A stretch of DNA of 64,000 bases from an uncultured Thermoleophilia bacterium (lineage in GTDB: Bacteria; Actinomycetota; Thermoleophilia; Miltoncostaeales; Miltoncostaeaceae). Each line of letters starts with the position of its first letter. Positions within the stretch are counted from its first letter, which is position 1. The position numbers and the translations under genes are program-made. The stretch lies in the NCBI GenBank assembly GCA_963806585.1, contig CAWDYN010000007.1, positions 377,375-441,374 of the forward strand. Reading direction: 5' to 3'. Positions 1 to 8,925 of this stretch are shown here, piece by piece. The notes beneath the pieces are model-generated. The model did not search any database. It was not told where the DNA came from and saw only the letters and a list, made by a program, of their open reading frames with translations.

Positions 1-34
1 TCCGCGCCCGGGCCCGCGCCACCGGGAGGTCTCA

Positions 35-53
35 TCACTTACCTCGTAAGTGA
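35..53. promoter_or_regulatory. AT-rich palindromic operator-like site TCACTTAC-ctc-GTAAGTGA
   Basis: Perfect 8-3-8 inverted repeat in an AT-rich intergenic patch; the half-site ACTTAC recurs at 82-87. Confidence 0.6.
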
Positions 54-133
54 ATAGCTAGAGATGCGCCCGCCACGTCGGACTTACGCTAACGTCTTGT
101 CAGCGTGCCCACCACGAGGAGGAGGCGTACCGG

Positions 134-664
134 GTGGCCGAGATCCGCGCGGACTATCTCGGCGGCGACCCTCTCGCCCCGGTCGGGCACGGAGCCAGCG
201 GCCTGCTGCTGACCTCGGGGGGCGGGCTCTCGTTCCGGGGGGCCGCGGTGGACGCGACCCTTCGGCCGAGCCGCGTCGCCGTGGCCATCGCGGCCACCGA
301 CATCGGCCTCGTCTCGCTCGGCTCGGCCGACAGCGCCCGCGGGACCGGCTCGGCCCTGACCGGTCCGATCGAGGCGGCGGCGGACGCGGCGGGGGGCCGG
401 GACCACCTGCTGGTGGTCTCGGGTCGTCGCGAGGGCACCGCCTTCCTGACCACGTTCGGCGTGACAGCCGGTGACGGCGCACGCCTGGTGGACGCCATGG
501 AGCGCGCGCGGGCCGAGCGCGGGCACCCCGCGGCCGGGCGCCTCGCGGGCCCGGGCGGCGACGCGGAGGATCACCGGCTGCTCGTGGAGATCCGCGACCT
601 GCTGCGCGAGCAGACGCGCCTGCTCAGGGAGCGGGGCGATCCGGCGGGGCCCCGGGAGGCGTGA
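134..664 (+). CDS. hypothetical protein
   Basis: 176 aa ORF after strong SD (GAGGAGGAGG), GC3-biased codons; C-terminal helix LLVEIRDLLREQ. Confidence 0.7.
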   Translation: MAEIRADYLGGDPLAPVGHGASGLLLTSGGGLSFRGAAVDATLRPSRVAVAIAATDIGLVSLGSADSARGTGSALTGPIEAAADAAGGRDHLLVVSGRREGTAFLTTFGVTAGDGARLVDAMERARAERGHPAAGRLAGPGGDAEDHRLLVEIRDLLREQTRLLRERGDPAGPREA

Positions 665-944
665 GCGGAGCACAGAGGAACGCGTGGGCGCGGCCGGGCA
701 GGCCGGGATCCGGCGTGCGGGCGGCGGGAGCCCGACGCGCGCCGGTGAGCGAGTGCAGGGTCGCGAGCATCACGAGGGGTGCCAGGGGCAGCATCAGCAC
801 GACCGGGAGCAGGCCGGGCGGGCCCCAGGGGCTGGCGGCGGCCGCGATCACCCAGAGCCCGCCGTAGAGCCAGGCGGCGGTGCGCGCAAGCGCGCCCAGG
901 AGGGTCGCGACGGGGATCGCCCGCGCCGGGGCATCGAAGGCCAT
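624..944 (-). CDS. hypothetical membrane protein
   Basis: Two hydrophobic segments (AAWLYGGLWVIAAAA; LLPVVLMLPLAPLVMLATL); start taken at ATG 944. Confidence 0.55.
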   Translation of the reverse strand: MAFDAPARAIPVATLLGALARTAAWLYGGLWVIAAAASPWGPPGLLPVVLMLPLAPLVMLATLHSLTGARRAPAARTPDPGLPGRAHAFLCAPLTPPGAPPDRPAP

Positions 945-1044
945 GCGGGCAGCCTCCCGGCGCACGCGCGCCCGTGACACCCCCGGACGGAGGAGGGCCT
1001 CCGGGGCGGGCGGGGGGCCTGGCCGCCCCCCGCCCGTCGGAACC

Positions 1045-1458
1045 TCAGGAGCGCAGGTCCGCCGCCGCGTCCCTCCAGCCGGCCGTGAGCGCGTACAGCA
1101 CGGCGATCTCGAGGCCGATCGCCAGCAGGCTCCACAGCGGGTAAGCCGGGAACCACGCGATCTGCCCGATGCCGTTGATGATGATCACGACGATGGCGAA
1201 CCACCGCGCCCAACTGCGCCCCGCGAAGAGCGACAGGGCGGCCAGGATCAGGACGACGCCCCAGATGATGAGCGACCAGCCCCAGGTGGTGAAGTTCGTG
1301 GTGACGAGAAGACCCGTCTCCCCGATGGCGTAGGTCTCGTCCTTCAGCAGCGCTGCGAGGCCCTGGATGATGTCGAGGGCGCCGATGGTGAGCATCACCG
1401 CCGCGGCAAAGACGACCCAGTTGGTCGCGGAGGAGGGCTTGTAGTAGTCGGTCGTCAC
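1045..1458 (-). CDS. 4-TM membrane protein (DUF7144-like, actinobacterial)
   Basis: WVVFAAAVMLTIGALDIIQGLAAL...WGW...AYPLWS pattern; AAAGGA SD before GTG 1458. Confidence 0.8.
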   Translation of the reverse strand: MTTDYYKPSSATNWVVFAAAVMLTIGALDIIQGLAALLKDETYAIGETGLLVTTNFTTWGWSLIIWGVVLILAALSLFAGRSWARWFAIVVIIINGIGQIAWFPAYPLWSLLAIGLEIAVLYALTAGWRDAAADLRS

Positions 1459-1491
1459 GGTGCGTCCTTTCGTCCGGTGTCGGCGCGCGGC

Positions 1492-1526
1492 GCATCGTCG
1501 ATCGGGCGCCGCCCGCCCGACGATGC
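1492..1526. repeat. intergenic hairpin
   Basis: GCATCGTCG ... CGACGATGC inverted repeat with inner TCGGGCG/CGCCCGA pairing between divergent genes. Confidence 0.45.
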
Positions 1527-1635
1527 CACGGCACCGCGGAGCCCGGCGCGGGCGACCGGGTGAATCGGCGGGTGAACGTCGCCTGCGCACCCGTCAGGCG
1601 GGCATGGGCCCGTCGCGATGGGGGAGGATCCGTCC

Positions 1636-2397
1636 ATGCCGGAGCCGTCACCCCAGTACCGCTTCTACGGCGAGCTGGCCGGCTGGTGGCCGCTCATCTC
1701 CCCGCCGGAGGAGTACGCGGAGGAGGCCGCGTTCGCCCGTGGCCTGCTGGTGTCGGCGTCGGTGCCCATGCGCGAGGTGCTGGAGCTGGGAAGCGGCGGG
1801 GGCCACAACGCGGCCCACCTCAAGAGCGCCTTCTCGATGACGCTCGTCAACCTCTCCCCCCAGATGCTCGAGGTGTCGCGCCGTCTCAACCCCGAGTGCG
1901 AGCACATCCAGGGCGACATGCGCACGATCCGGCTCGGGCGCCGCTTCGACGCGGTGTTCGTCCACGACGCGATCGACTACATGACCGACGAGGCCGACCT
2001 CGCCCGGGCGATGGCCACGGCGTTCGCCCACTGCCGCCCCGGCGGCCTCGCCGTCTTCGTGCCCGACCACGTCACGGACGACTTCGCGGAGGGCTCCGGG
2101 CACGGCGGAGCCGACGCGGCCGACGGACGCGCCGTGCGCTTCCTCGACTGGACGTGGGATCCGGACCCCTCCGACACGCGCATCCGCACCGACTACGCCT
2201 TCGTCCTGCGCGACGCCGGCGGGGCCGTGCGGGTGGTGCACGAGAGTCACGTCACCGGGATGTTCGCGCGCGAGCGCTGGCTCGCGCTGCTCGACGCGGC
2301 GGGCTTCGCGGCCGAGCCGGTTCCCGAGGTGACCAGCGAGGACCGCGCGCCCCGGACCTTCTTCCTGGGCCGCCGCGCGGACGACCGGGCGACCTGA
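1636..2397 (+). CDS. class I SAM-dependent methyltransferase
   Basis: VLELGSGGG motif I, QGDMR, FDAVFVHDAIDY, HCRPGG. Confidence 0.92.
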   Translation: MPEPSPQYRFYGELAGWWPLISPPEEYAEEAAFARGLLVSASVPMREVLELGSGGGHNAAHLKSAFSMTLVNLSPQMLEVSRRLNPECEHIQGDMRTIRLGRRFDAVFVHDAIDYMTDEADLARAMATAFAHCRPGGLAVFVPDHVTDDFAEGSGHGGADAADGRAVRFLDWTWDPDPSDTRIRTDYAFVLRDAGGAVRVVHESHVTGMFARERWLALLDAAGFAAEPVPEVTSEDRAPRTFFLGRRADDRAT

Positions 2398-2486
2398 CAG
2401 GATCCCCCTACCTCCGGCGGACGACAGCGCGCCGACCGGGGCCCCGCCGCGCGGGGCGCGATGCAACCGACAGGGAGCACGGACGC

Positions 2487-3668
2487 ATGGGATCCCGAGG
2501 CATCATCTACGCCGCGGCGGCCGCCGCGCTCGTCGCCGCACTTCTTCCCGCCACGGGCGCGGCGGCCGGGAACAAGGAGGCGCTCACGCCGCTATTGACC
2601 GACGTCGCCGACGCCCCGGTCCCGTTCCGGGGCTCGGACGGCCGCCGGCACCTGGTCTACGAGCTGCGCCTGACCAACTTCTCGCGTGGGTCCACGACCG
2701 TGAGGCGGGTCGTCGTCCTCGACGGCGGTGGGCGCGCCATCGCGCGGATGGGGCCGCGGGCGGTCGCGGGCCGCCTGCAGCCCGACGGCCTCCGCACCGC
2801 GACGCGGACCATGGCCCCGAGCAGCGGCGCGCTGCTGTTCGTGCACGTGACCCTCCGCCGGGGGGCGCGTGTGCCGAAACGGCTGCGGCACCGCGTGACC
2901 GCCGTCGTCTCCGCGGCGCCCCCGGGGAGCCGGACCATCGTCTCCACCGGCGGCCTCACCCGGGTCGCCCGCACTCCTCCGGTCGCGGTCGTCGGCCCGC
3001 CGCTGCGCGGCGCCGGCTACCTCTCGGCCGACTCCTGCTGCGACGCCACCCGCCACACGCGAGCGGCGCTTCCGGTGAACGGGAGGGTGTGGGTCACCCA
3101 GCGATTCGCCGTGGACTGGGAGCGGATGGACGCCGAGAACCGCATCTACCGGGGGCCGCGGGAGGATGTGAACAGCTACGCGATCTACGGCGACGACGTG
3201 CTCGCCGTCGCGGACGCGCCCGTGGTGGCCGTCATCACGGGCCAGCCCGACCAGACTCCGGGCGTCTACCCCACCGACATCCCGATCTCCCTCGCAGACG
3301 GCAACTCGATCGTGCTCGGCCTGGGCAGGGGCCGCTACGCGCTCTACGCGCACCTGCGGCCGGGCAGCATCCGGGTCCGCCCCGGAGACCGCGTCAGCCG
3401 GGGTCAGGTCATCGGCAGCGTGGGCAACACCGGCAACTCGGTGGCCCCGCACCTGCACTTCCACGTCATGGACAACCCGTCGCCGCTGGCCGCCAACGGT
3501 CTTCCGTACGAGATCCGGAACTTCCGCGTGACGGGACGCACACGCGGAACCGCGGCGTTCGATGCGGCCGAGGCCAACGGGACTCCGCTGGCGATCTCTT
3601 CGTCCGGCGCTCGCCGCGTCGGCCGCGGTCTGCCCCTCGACCAGCTGGTGATCGACTTCGGCTCCTAG
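2487..3668 (+). CDS. secreted M23 family metallopeptidase
   Basis: Signal peptide (IIYAAAAAALVAALLPATGAAA); C-terminal YAHL...GQVIGSVGNTGNSVAPHLHFHV M23 motif. Confidence 0.9.
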   Translation: MGSRGIIYAAAAAALVAALLPATGAAAGNKEALTPLLTDVADAPVPFRGSDGRRHLVYELRLTNFSRGSTTVRRVVVLDGGGRAIARMGPRAVAGRLQPDGLRTATRTMAPSSGALLFVHVTLRRGARVPKRLRHRVTAVVSAAPPGSRTIVSTGGLTRVARTPPVAVVGPPLRGAGYLSADSCCDATRHTRAALPVNGRVWVTQRFAVDWERMDAENRIYRGPREDVNSYAIYGDDVLAVADAPVVAVITGQPDQTPGVYPTDIPISLADGNSIVLGLGRGRYALYAHLRPGSIRVRPGDRVSRGQVIGSVGNTGNSVAPHLHFHVMDNPSPLAANGLPYEIRNFRVTGRTRGTAAFDAAEANGTPLAISSSGARRVGRGLPLDQLVIDFGS

Positions 3669-3701
3669 GCGAGCCCCCGGGGCGGCCGGCGAGCGTCGCG
3701 C

Positions 3702-4202
3702 TCACCGGTCCCCCGGCCGATCGCCCGTGAGCGAGAGCGGGAGCAGCAGCCACAGGACGACGATCACGGCCAGCACTGCCGCGCCGATCGCCAGCGCCGC
3801 CGGCAGCGCGAACAGGACGTCGGTCACGAGCATCACCGCGCACGCGATCGCCAGGCCGAGCGCCGCCAGCCCGGCGAGGGTCAGCCGATGCGAGATCGTC
3901 ACGATGTCGCCCTTCAGGCCGCGGCGGAAGCGCAGGCGGTGGAGGGCGGTCGGCGCCATCAGCAGGACGGTGGCGGCGGTCGTGAGCAGGAGGGCGACGA
4001 AGTAGAGGTCCTGCTGGAACTCCGTCGTGCGGTCGAAGCGCGAGCTGAACGGCATCGTGAGCAGGAACGCGAACAGGACCTGCACCCCGGGCAGCACCAC
4101 GCGCAGCTCCTGGAGGAGCTCCCCGAACTGCCGGTCCGAGCGCTGCACCGGCGTCTCCGGCCGCCCCTGCGTGCCGGTATCGGGTCGATGCCCCTCCGCC
4201 AT
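3702..4202 (-). CDS. DUF6328 family membrane protein
   Basis: DRQFGELLQELRVVLPGVQVLFAFLLTMPF signature, 4 TM. Confidence 0.88.
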   Translation of the reverse strand: MAEGHRPDTGTQGRPETPVQRSDRQFGELLQELRVVLPGVQVLFAFLLTMPFSSRFDRTTEFQQDLYFVALLLTTAATVLLMAPTALHRLRFRRGLKGDIVTISHRLTLAGLAALGLAIACAVMLVTDVLFALPAALAIGAAVLAVIVVLWLLLPLSLTGDRPGDR

Positions 4203-4248
4203 CCGCCCCCCGTTCCCGTCGCCCGAGAGGGGATCTTACGACCACCGG

Positions 4249-4276
4249 GTGTGAGGACGGGCACACGAGCGGGTAC
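4249..4276 (+). promoter_or_regulatory. possible SigB/SigF-type stress promoter (-10 GGGTAC)
   Basis: GGGTAC at 4271-4276 with GTGT/GTGA 16-18 nt upstream, ahead of general-stress-type small genes. Confidence 0.35.
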
Positions 4277-4311
4277 CAGGCGTCGTGCAGGGTCAATCCC
4301 GGGGGGAGCCG

Positions 4312-4473
4312 ATGAGCGACGACCGCACACGTCCGAAGAAGGAGCCGCCCGAGGACGGGCAGGAGGTCGACGAGGGCGCCGACGGCCTCGGCTACACGGC
4401 TCGTCCCACCGATCACGAGCCGGAGGGCGACAACGCGCCCGCCGGGGGAGGTGGAGATGCCACGCGGAAGTAG
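4312..4473 (+). CDS. small acidic hypothetical protein
   Basis: 53 aa hydrophilic ORF after GGGGGAG SD, overlapping next gene. Confidence 0.5.
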   Translation: MSDDRTRPKKEPPEDGQEVDEGADGLGYTARPTDHEPEGDNAPAGGGGDATRK

Positions 4474-4789
4474 CCCCAAGCGCGAGCGCCAGTATGAGCA
4501 CATCCGCGACAGCCTGCGCGAGCGGGGCGAGTCGAAGGACACGGCGCAGGAGATCGCGGCGCGGACCGTCAACAAGGAGCGCGCGCGGGCGGGCGAGTCG
4601 CGCACCGCCTCGACGACGTCCACCGACGACATCTCGTCCGGGCGCCGCGGCGGCCTGCGCTCCGGCACCCGCCGCGAGAAGGGCCGCACCAAGGACCAGC
4701 TCTACGCGGAGGCCAGGAAGCTCAACGTCCGCGGCCGCTCGAAGATGTCGAAGGCGCAGCTGCAGAGGGCGGTCGACCGAAGGGGGTGA
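4457..4789 (+). CDS. ChaB-like / Rho-N domain small basic protein (often annotated 'plasmid stabilization protein')
   Basis: [12 protein letters not shown]...[13 protein letters not shown]...[25 protein letters not shown] signature. Confidence 0.88.
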   Translation: MPRGSSPKRERQYEHIRDSLRERGESKDTAQEIAARTVNKERARAGESRTASTTSTDDISSGRRGGLRSGTRREKGRTKDQLYAEARKLNVRGRSKMSKAQLQRAVDRRG

Positions 4790-4796
4790 GCGCCCC

Positions 4797-5099
4797 CTCG
4801 CCCCCGGCGATCGCCCCCACGACCTGGAGGACGCCGTCTCCGCCGGCGACGGCGTCGGGGAGGGGCGCGTCGGCGGGCTCGTGCGAGAGGTCGCGGCCCG
4901 CCGCGAAGTAGCGAATGTAGGGCCGGCGCGCGCCGGTCTGGCGATCGCGGATGGTGCCGGCCAGTGCGGGGTGGGCGGCCTCGAGCGCGTCCAGCACCGC
5001 CGCGATCGTCGCCGTCCCGGCGACCTCGACGCTGACCTCCGCCCCGACGCCGGCCAGCGTCCGCAGGTGCGCCGGCAGCGTGACCCTGACCGCGCTCAC
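4797..5099 (-). CDS. MoaD/ThiS family ubiquitin-like protein
   Basis: [12 protein letters not shown]...[10 protein letters not shown]...RRPYIRYF...GAIAGG; expected stop after the C-terminal GG reads GAG (4797-4799), probably an error; GTGA overlap with upstream gene. Confidence 0.88.
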
Positions 5100-6211
5100 G
5101 CCAGGGTCTGGACCTCGACCGAGAGGACGGCCGGCAGGTGCCCCGCGATCGGCGCCCACGTGTCGCCGGAGTCGGCCGACGCGTAGACCTGCCCCCCGGT
5201 GGTGCCGACGTAGATCCCGCACTCGTCGAGCGAGTCGACCGCCATCGCGTCGCGGAGGACGTTGACGTAGCAGTCGCGCTGGGGGAGCCCGTTGGCGAGC
5301 AGCTCCCACTCGCCGCCGCCGACGCGGCTGCGCGCCACGCGCAGGCGGCCGCCGGGAGGGTAGTGCTCGGAGTCGCTCAGGATCGGGACGACGTAGACCG
5401 TCTCGGGCTCGTGCGCGTGCACCGCCACCGGAAAGCCGAAGTCGCTCGGCAGGTCGCCGCTGACCTCGGTCCAGTTCGAGCCGGCGTCGTCGCTTCGACA
5501 GACGTCCCAGTGCTTCTGCATGAACAGCGTATCCGGGCGCGACGGGTGCATCGCGAGGTTGTGCACGCAGTGGCCCACCGTCGCCTCGGGCTCGGGGAGG
5601 AACTCCGACCGCAGCCCGCGCGTCGCCAGGTCCCAGGTCTCGCCGCCGTCCTGGGTGCGGAAGGCGCCCGCGGCCGAGATCGCGACGAACATGCGCCGCG
5701 GGTCGGCCGGGTCGATGATGATGGTGTGCAGGCACAGCCCGCCGGCGCCCGGCTGCCAGTCGGATCCGGTCGAGTGGGTGCGCAGGGCCGAGAGCTCGCT
5801 CCAGGTCTCGCCGCCGTCGCCCGAGCGGAACAGGCCGGCGTCCTCGGTGCCGGCGAACACCGTGTCGGCGTCGTCCGGGGAGGGCTCCAGGTGCCACACC
5901 CGGTCGAACTCCCAGGGGTGCGGCGTGCCGTCGTACCACTGATGCGTCCCGGTCTCGCCGGCGTAGGCGAAGCCGTTGCCCACCGGGGACCAGGTCCGCC
6001 CGCCGTCGTCGGAGCGCTGGACGACCTGGCCGTGCCAGTCGGTCCACTGGGACGCGTACAGCCGGTCGGGCGCCACCGGGGACCCCGTGACGTGCATCAC
6101 CCGCCAGCCGCCGAAGTACGGGCCGTCAACCAGCCACTCGCGCCGGGCGCCGTCGGACCTGATCACGAAGGCCCCCTTCGCGGTGCCCACCAGCACGCGA
6201 ACGCTCGTCAT
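5096..6211 (-). CDS. BNR/Asp-box beta-propeller protein (exo-alpha-sialidase-like, WD40/YVTN/BNR)
   Basis: Repeated SxDGGxTW Asp-boxes; LVGTAKGAF start; [31 protein letters not shown] motifs. Confidence 0.92.
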   Translation of the reverse strand: MTSVRVLVGTAKGAFVIRSDGARREWLVDGPYFGGWRVMHVTGSPVAPDRLYASQWTDWHGQVVQRSDDGGRTWSPVGNGFAYAGETGTHQWYDGTPHPWEFDRVWHLEPSPDDADTVFAGTEDAGLFRSGDGGETWSELSALRTHSTGSDWQPGAGGLCLHTIIIDPADPRRMFVAISAAGAFRTQDGGETWDLATRGLRSEFLPEPEATVGHCVHNLAMHPSRPDTLFMQKHWDVCRSDDAGSNWTEVSGDLPSDFGFPVAVHAHEPETVYVVPILSDSEHYPPGGRLRVARSRVGGGEWELLANGLPQRDCYVNVLRDAMAVDSLDECGIYVGTTGGQVYASADSGDTWAPIAGHLPAVLSVEVQTLA

Positions 6212-6269
6212 CCGCCGCTCCCATCGATCGGCGCCGCGACGGGCGGCCGAGCGCCCGCCGCGCGCACGC

Positions 6270-6773
6270 TCAGTCGTCGCCGCGGGCGAACAGGACAGCC
6301 GCGATCAGGCCGAGCGCCAGGAGGATCGCGAGCACCGACCCGAGCGCCACCGGCTTGCTCGGGCGGGCGATCCGGCGCCAGCGCGAGGCGCGGCGGGCCT
6401 CGAACTCGCGCACGCGAGCCTCCGCGTCCGAGGCCTTCTCGGACGCGCGCGCCGCCAGGGCGGTGTCCGCCTCGGCCTTGTCGGCCGCGTCCGAGTACCA
6501 GTCCAGGGCGGCGGCGTCACGCCCGGTGAGGCTGGCGCGCTCGCCGAGCAGGAAGCTGACCAGGGCCTCGATCTGGCGGTCACCGGACAGCGGCTCCGGG
6601 GTGTTGGCCAGCACCAGCAGACCGTCCTCCCCGGTTTCTCCCAGGCCGTCGGAGTCGTTCCAGAGCAGGTGCGCCGACGCGCGAATGTGATCGCGCACCT
6701 CGGCGGTGAGGACCGTCGAACGATCGAGCTCGGTGTCCACGAGCTCGATCACGTCAGTTGGGGGCTTCGACAC
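6270..6773 (-). CDS. hypothetical protein with coiled segment and C-terminal TM anchor
   Basis: 167 aa ORF ending in [21 protein letters not shown]. Confidence 0.65.
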   Translation of the reverse strand: MSKPPTDVIELVDTELDRSTVLTAEVRDHIRASAHLLWNDSDGLGETGEDGLLVLANTPEPLSGDRQIEALVSFLLGERASLTGRDAAALDWYSDAADKAEADTALAARASEKASDAEARVREFEARRASRWRRIARPSKPVALGSVLAILLALGLIAAVLFARGDD

Positions 6774-6943
6774 AGGACCATCCTCGTCGGGTTTCGTCCG
6801 ATAACAACACGGATCCGCGACGACCGCAAACCCGCGCCGAGACGGCGCGCCCCGGGATCACCGCAGGAGGGATCCGGGCGGTCGCGGACGACCCCGCCCC
6901 GGCGCCGGCCTACGCTCGAACCGTTCAACTCGAGGAGGCGGTC

Positions 6944-7705
6944 GTGGGAGCTGTGCACGCGGGACCGGTCGCCATCGTGACGGGCGGCGCGGCCGGGATC
7001 GGCCGGGCGGCGGCCCACGAGCTGGCCCGCCGAGGCGCCGCCGTGGTCGTCGCCGACGTCGACGAGGCCCAGGGGGAGCAGGCGGCGCGGGCGCTGCGGG
7101 ACGACGGCCACCGTTCGGTGTTCGTCGCGGCCGACGTGTCCCGCGCGGCCGACGTCGCGGCGCTGGTCGCCGCCGCGCAGCGCGAGTTCGGTCGCCTGGA
7201 CTGGGCCTTCAACAACGCCGGCATCGAGGGCACCACGGCCGAGACCGCGGAGCTCTCCGAGGAGGCCTGGGACACGGTGCTCGCGGTCAACCTGACCGGC
7301 GTCTGGCTGTGCATGCGCCACGAGATCCCGGCGATGCTCGAGACCGGAGGCGGGGCGATCGTCAACTGCGCCTCGATCGCGGGCCTGGTCGGCTTCCCCG
7401 GGGCCGGCGCATACGTCGCCGCCAAGCACGGCGTGGTGGGCCTCACCCGCACGGCCGCCCTCGAGTACGCGCAGAGGGGCGTGCGCGTCAACGCGGTGTG
7501 CCCCGGCATCATCCACACAGCGATGATCGACCGCTACGCGCACGGGTCGCGGGGGGTGGAGGCGCAGCTCGCCGCCGGGGAGCCGGTCGGCCGGATGGGG
7601 ACGGCGGACGAGGTGGCGAGCGCCGTCGGCTGGCTGTGCGCGCCCGAGTCGGGCTTCGTGACCGGTACGGCGCTCCCCGTCGACGGCGGCTGGACGGCCC
7701 AGTAG
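6944..7705 (+). CDS. short-chain dehydrogenase/reductase
   Basis: TGGAAGIG, NNAG, YVAAK catalytic motif, VDGG; GAGGAGG SD before GTG 6944. Confidence 0.95.
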   Translation: MGAVHAGPVAIVTGGAAGIGRAAAHELARRGAAVVVADVDEAQGEQAARALRDDGHRSVFVAADVSRAADVAALVAAAQREFGRLDWAFNNAGIEGTTAETAELSEEAWDTVLAVNLTGVWLCMRHEIPAMLETGGGAIVNCASIAGLVGFPGAGAYVAAKHGVVGLTRTAALEYAQRGVRVNAVCPGIIHTAMIDRYAHGSRGVEAQLAAGEPVGRMGTADEVASAVGWLCAPESGFVTGTALPVDGGWTAQ

Positions 7706-7738
7706 GCCGCCCCGGTGGGCGTGCCCTAGCATCCCGCC

Positions 7739-7957
7739 ATGGGTGCTCCTCGCACGGGTGAGTCGAACGCCGGCGCGCCGGCGGGCGCGTTCATGGGCCT
7801 CGGCGCGGCGGGAATCCAGGACGCCGCCGACCCAACCCGGTTCATCCCGGCCCGGGGCGCCAACTACCGGCACATCCGCCACGCCGAGATCCTCGCCCGC
7901 TGGCCGGTGCTCGCGGAGCCCTGGGCCCAGAGCGTGGAGACGTCCCGGGAGGCCTGA
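7739..7957 (+). CDS. small hypothetical protein, probably leaderless
   Basis: 72 aa ORF; -10 TAGCAT at 7727-7732 six nt before ATG. Confidence 0.5.
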   Translation: MGAPRTGESNAGAPAGAFMGLGAAGIQDAADPTRFIPARGANYRHIRHAEILARWPVLAEPWAQSVETSREA

Positions 7958-8059
7958 GACGGCCCCGGAGCGCACCGCCCGCGGGTGTCACATCGCCGAC
8001 ACCGGCGGTGACGAACCGGAGATCGCCGCCCGGGGCGGACCGCGCTACCCTCGGTCGCG

Positions 8060-8464
8060 ATGTCCGGCGACAGGAGGGTGCGTATGGGCGACGAGGTGCA
8101 CGGGTTGGCGCTGGACGAGGACGACCTCGAGGCGGCGCGGCGCTGCGCGCACGAGGCGCTGGTGCTGATGATGGGGGAGCTCGCGGCCACCGGCTCCGAG
8201 GACGGCGGCGACGGCCTGGTGTTGGCGCACGCCCGGGTGGTCCACGCCCTGGGCACCGAGACCGATGCGGACGGATCGCTCGTGCTGGTGTCGAGCCGCG
8301 ACGCGGACGTCCTGCTGGAGGGGGCACGCCGCGTGGAGCAGGACCTCGCCGACGGCCTGACACGCGTCCACGACCGTGGTGACATCGAGCGGCGGCGGCG
8401 CTACGAGCGGACCCTGGCGGCCGCGCGCCGCGTGCGGGAGATCCTGGAGCCGCGGGCGGCCTGA
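8060..8464 (+). CDS. hypothetical protein
   Basis: Coding-like ORF; -10 TACCCT before ATG 8060 or SD AGGAGGG before ATG 8084. Confidence 0.65.
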   Translation: MSGDRRVRMGDEVHGLALDEDDLEAARRCAHEALVLMMGELAATGSEDGGDGLVLAHARVVHALGTETDADGSLVLVSSRDADVLLEGARRVEQDLADGLTRVHDRGDIERRRRYERTLAAARRVREILEPRAA

Positions 8465-8511
8465 CCCCCGCGCCGGGTGCAATGATGCGCCGCAGTCGAC
8501 CAGGGGGCACG

Positions 8512-8925
8512 ATGGCGAACGACTTCGAGGTGGGCGTCGATGTGACGGTGCCGCCGGACACGGCGTGGGCCCTCGCGGGCGATCCGGCGCGGGTGTGCGA
8601 GTGGTTCACGGCGGCCGTCACCTGCGCGGTGGAGGGGGACGAGCGCCGGGTGACCCTCGGCAACGGGGCCTCGCTGGTGGAGCGGCTCGTCGACCGCGAC
8701 GAGGAGGGCCGCGCGTACTCGTACGTCGTCGAGTCGGGCATCCCCGGCCTCACCAGCCACCGGGCGACGATCCGCGTGGTCGGGGCCCCCGGGGGGTCGC
8801 GGGTGCTGTGGCGCCAGACCGCGACCTCCGACGTGGAGGGCTATGACATCGAGAGCCGCCTGCGCGGTGTCATGACGGCCGGCCTCGAGCACCTGCGCGA
8901 CGTGCTCGAGGGGGTCGGCGACTAG
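8512..8925 (+). CDS. SRPBCC / polyketide cyclase family protein
   Basis: AWALAGD...EWF...RRVTLGNGASLVERLVDRDEEGRAYSY...C-terminal helix GLEHLRDVLE. Confidence 0.88.
   Translation: MANDFEVGVDVTVPPDTAWALAGDPARVCEWFTAAVTCAVEGDERRVTLGNGASLVERLVDRDEEGRAYSYVVESGIPGLTSHRATIRVVGAPGGSRVLWRQTATSDVEGYDIESRLRGVMTAGLEHLRDVLEGVGD

Noticed and set aside
76-1498. PafBC promoter motif candidates (CGTCGG-N8-TAACGT at 76; TGTCGG-N9-CATCGT at 1478)
   Set aside because: Spacing is not N10 and the downstream genes are not DNA-repair genes.
4457-4789. Plasmid or toxin-antitoxin gene implied by the 'plasmid stabilization' label
   Set aside because: No ParE/RelE features or replication genes; context is chromosomal.
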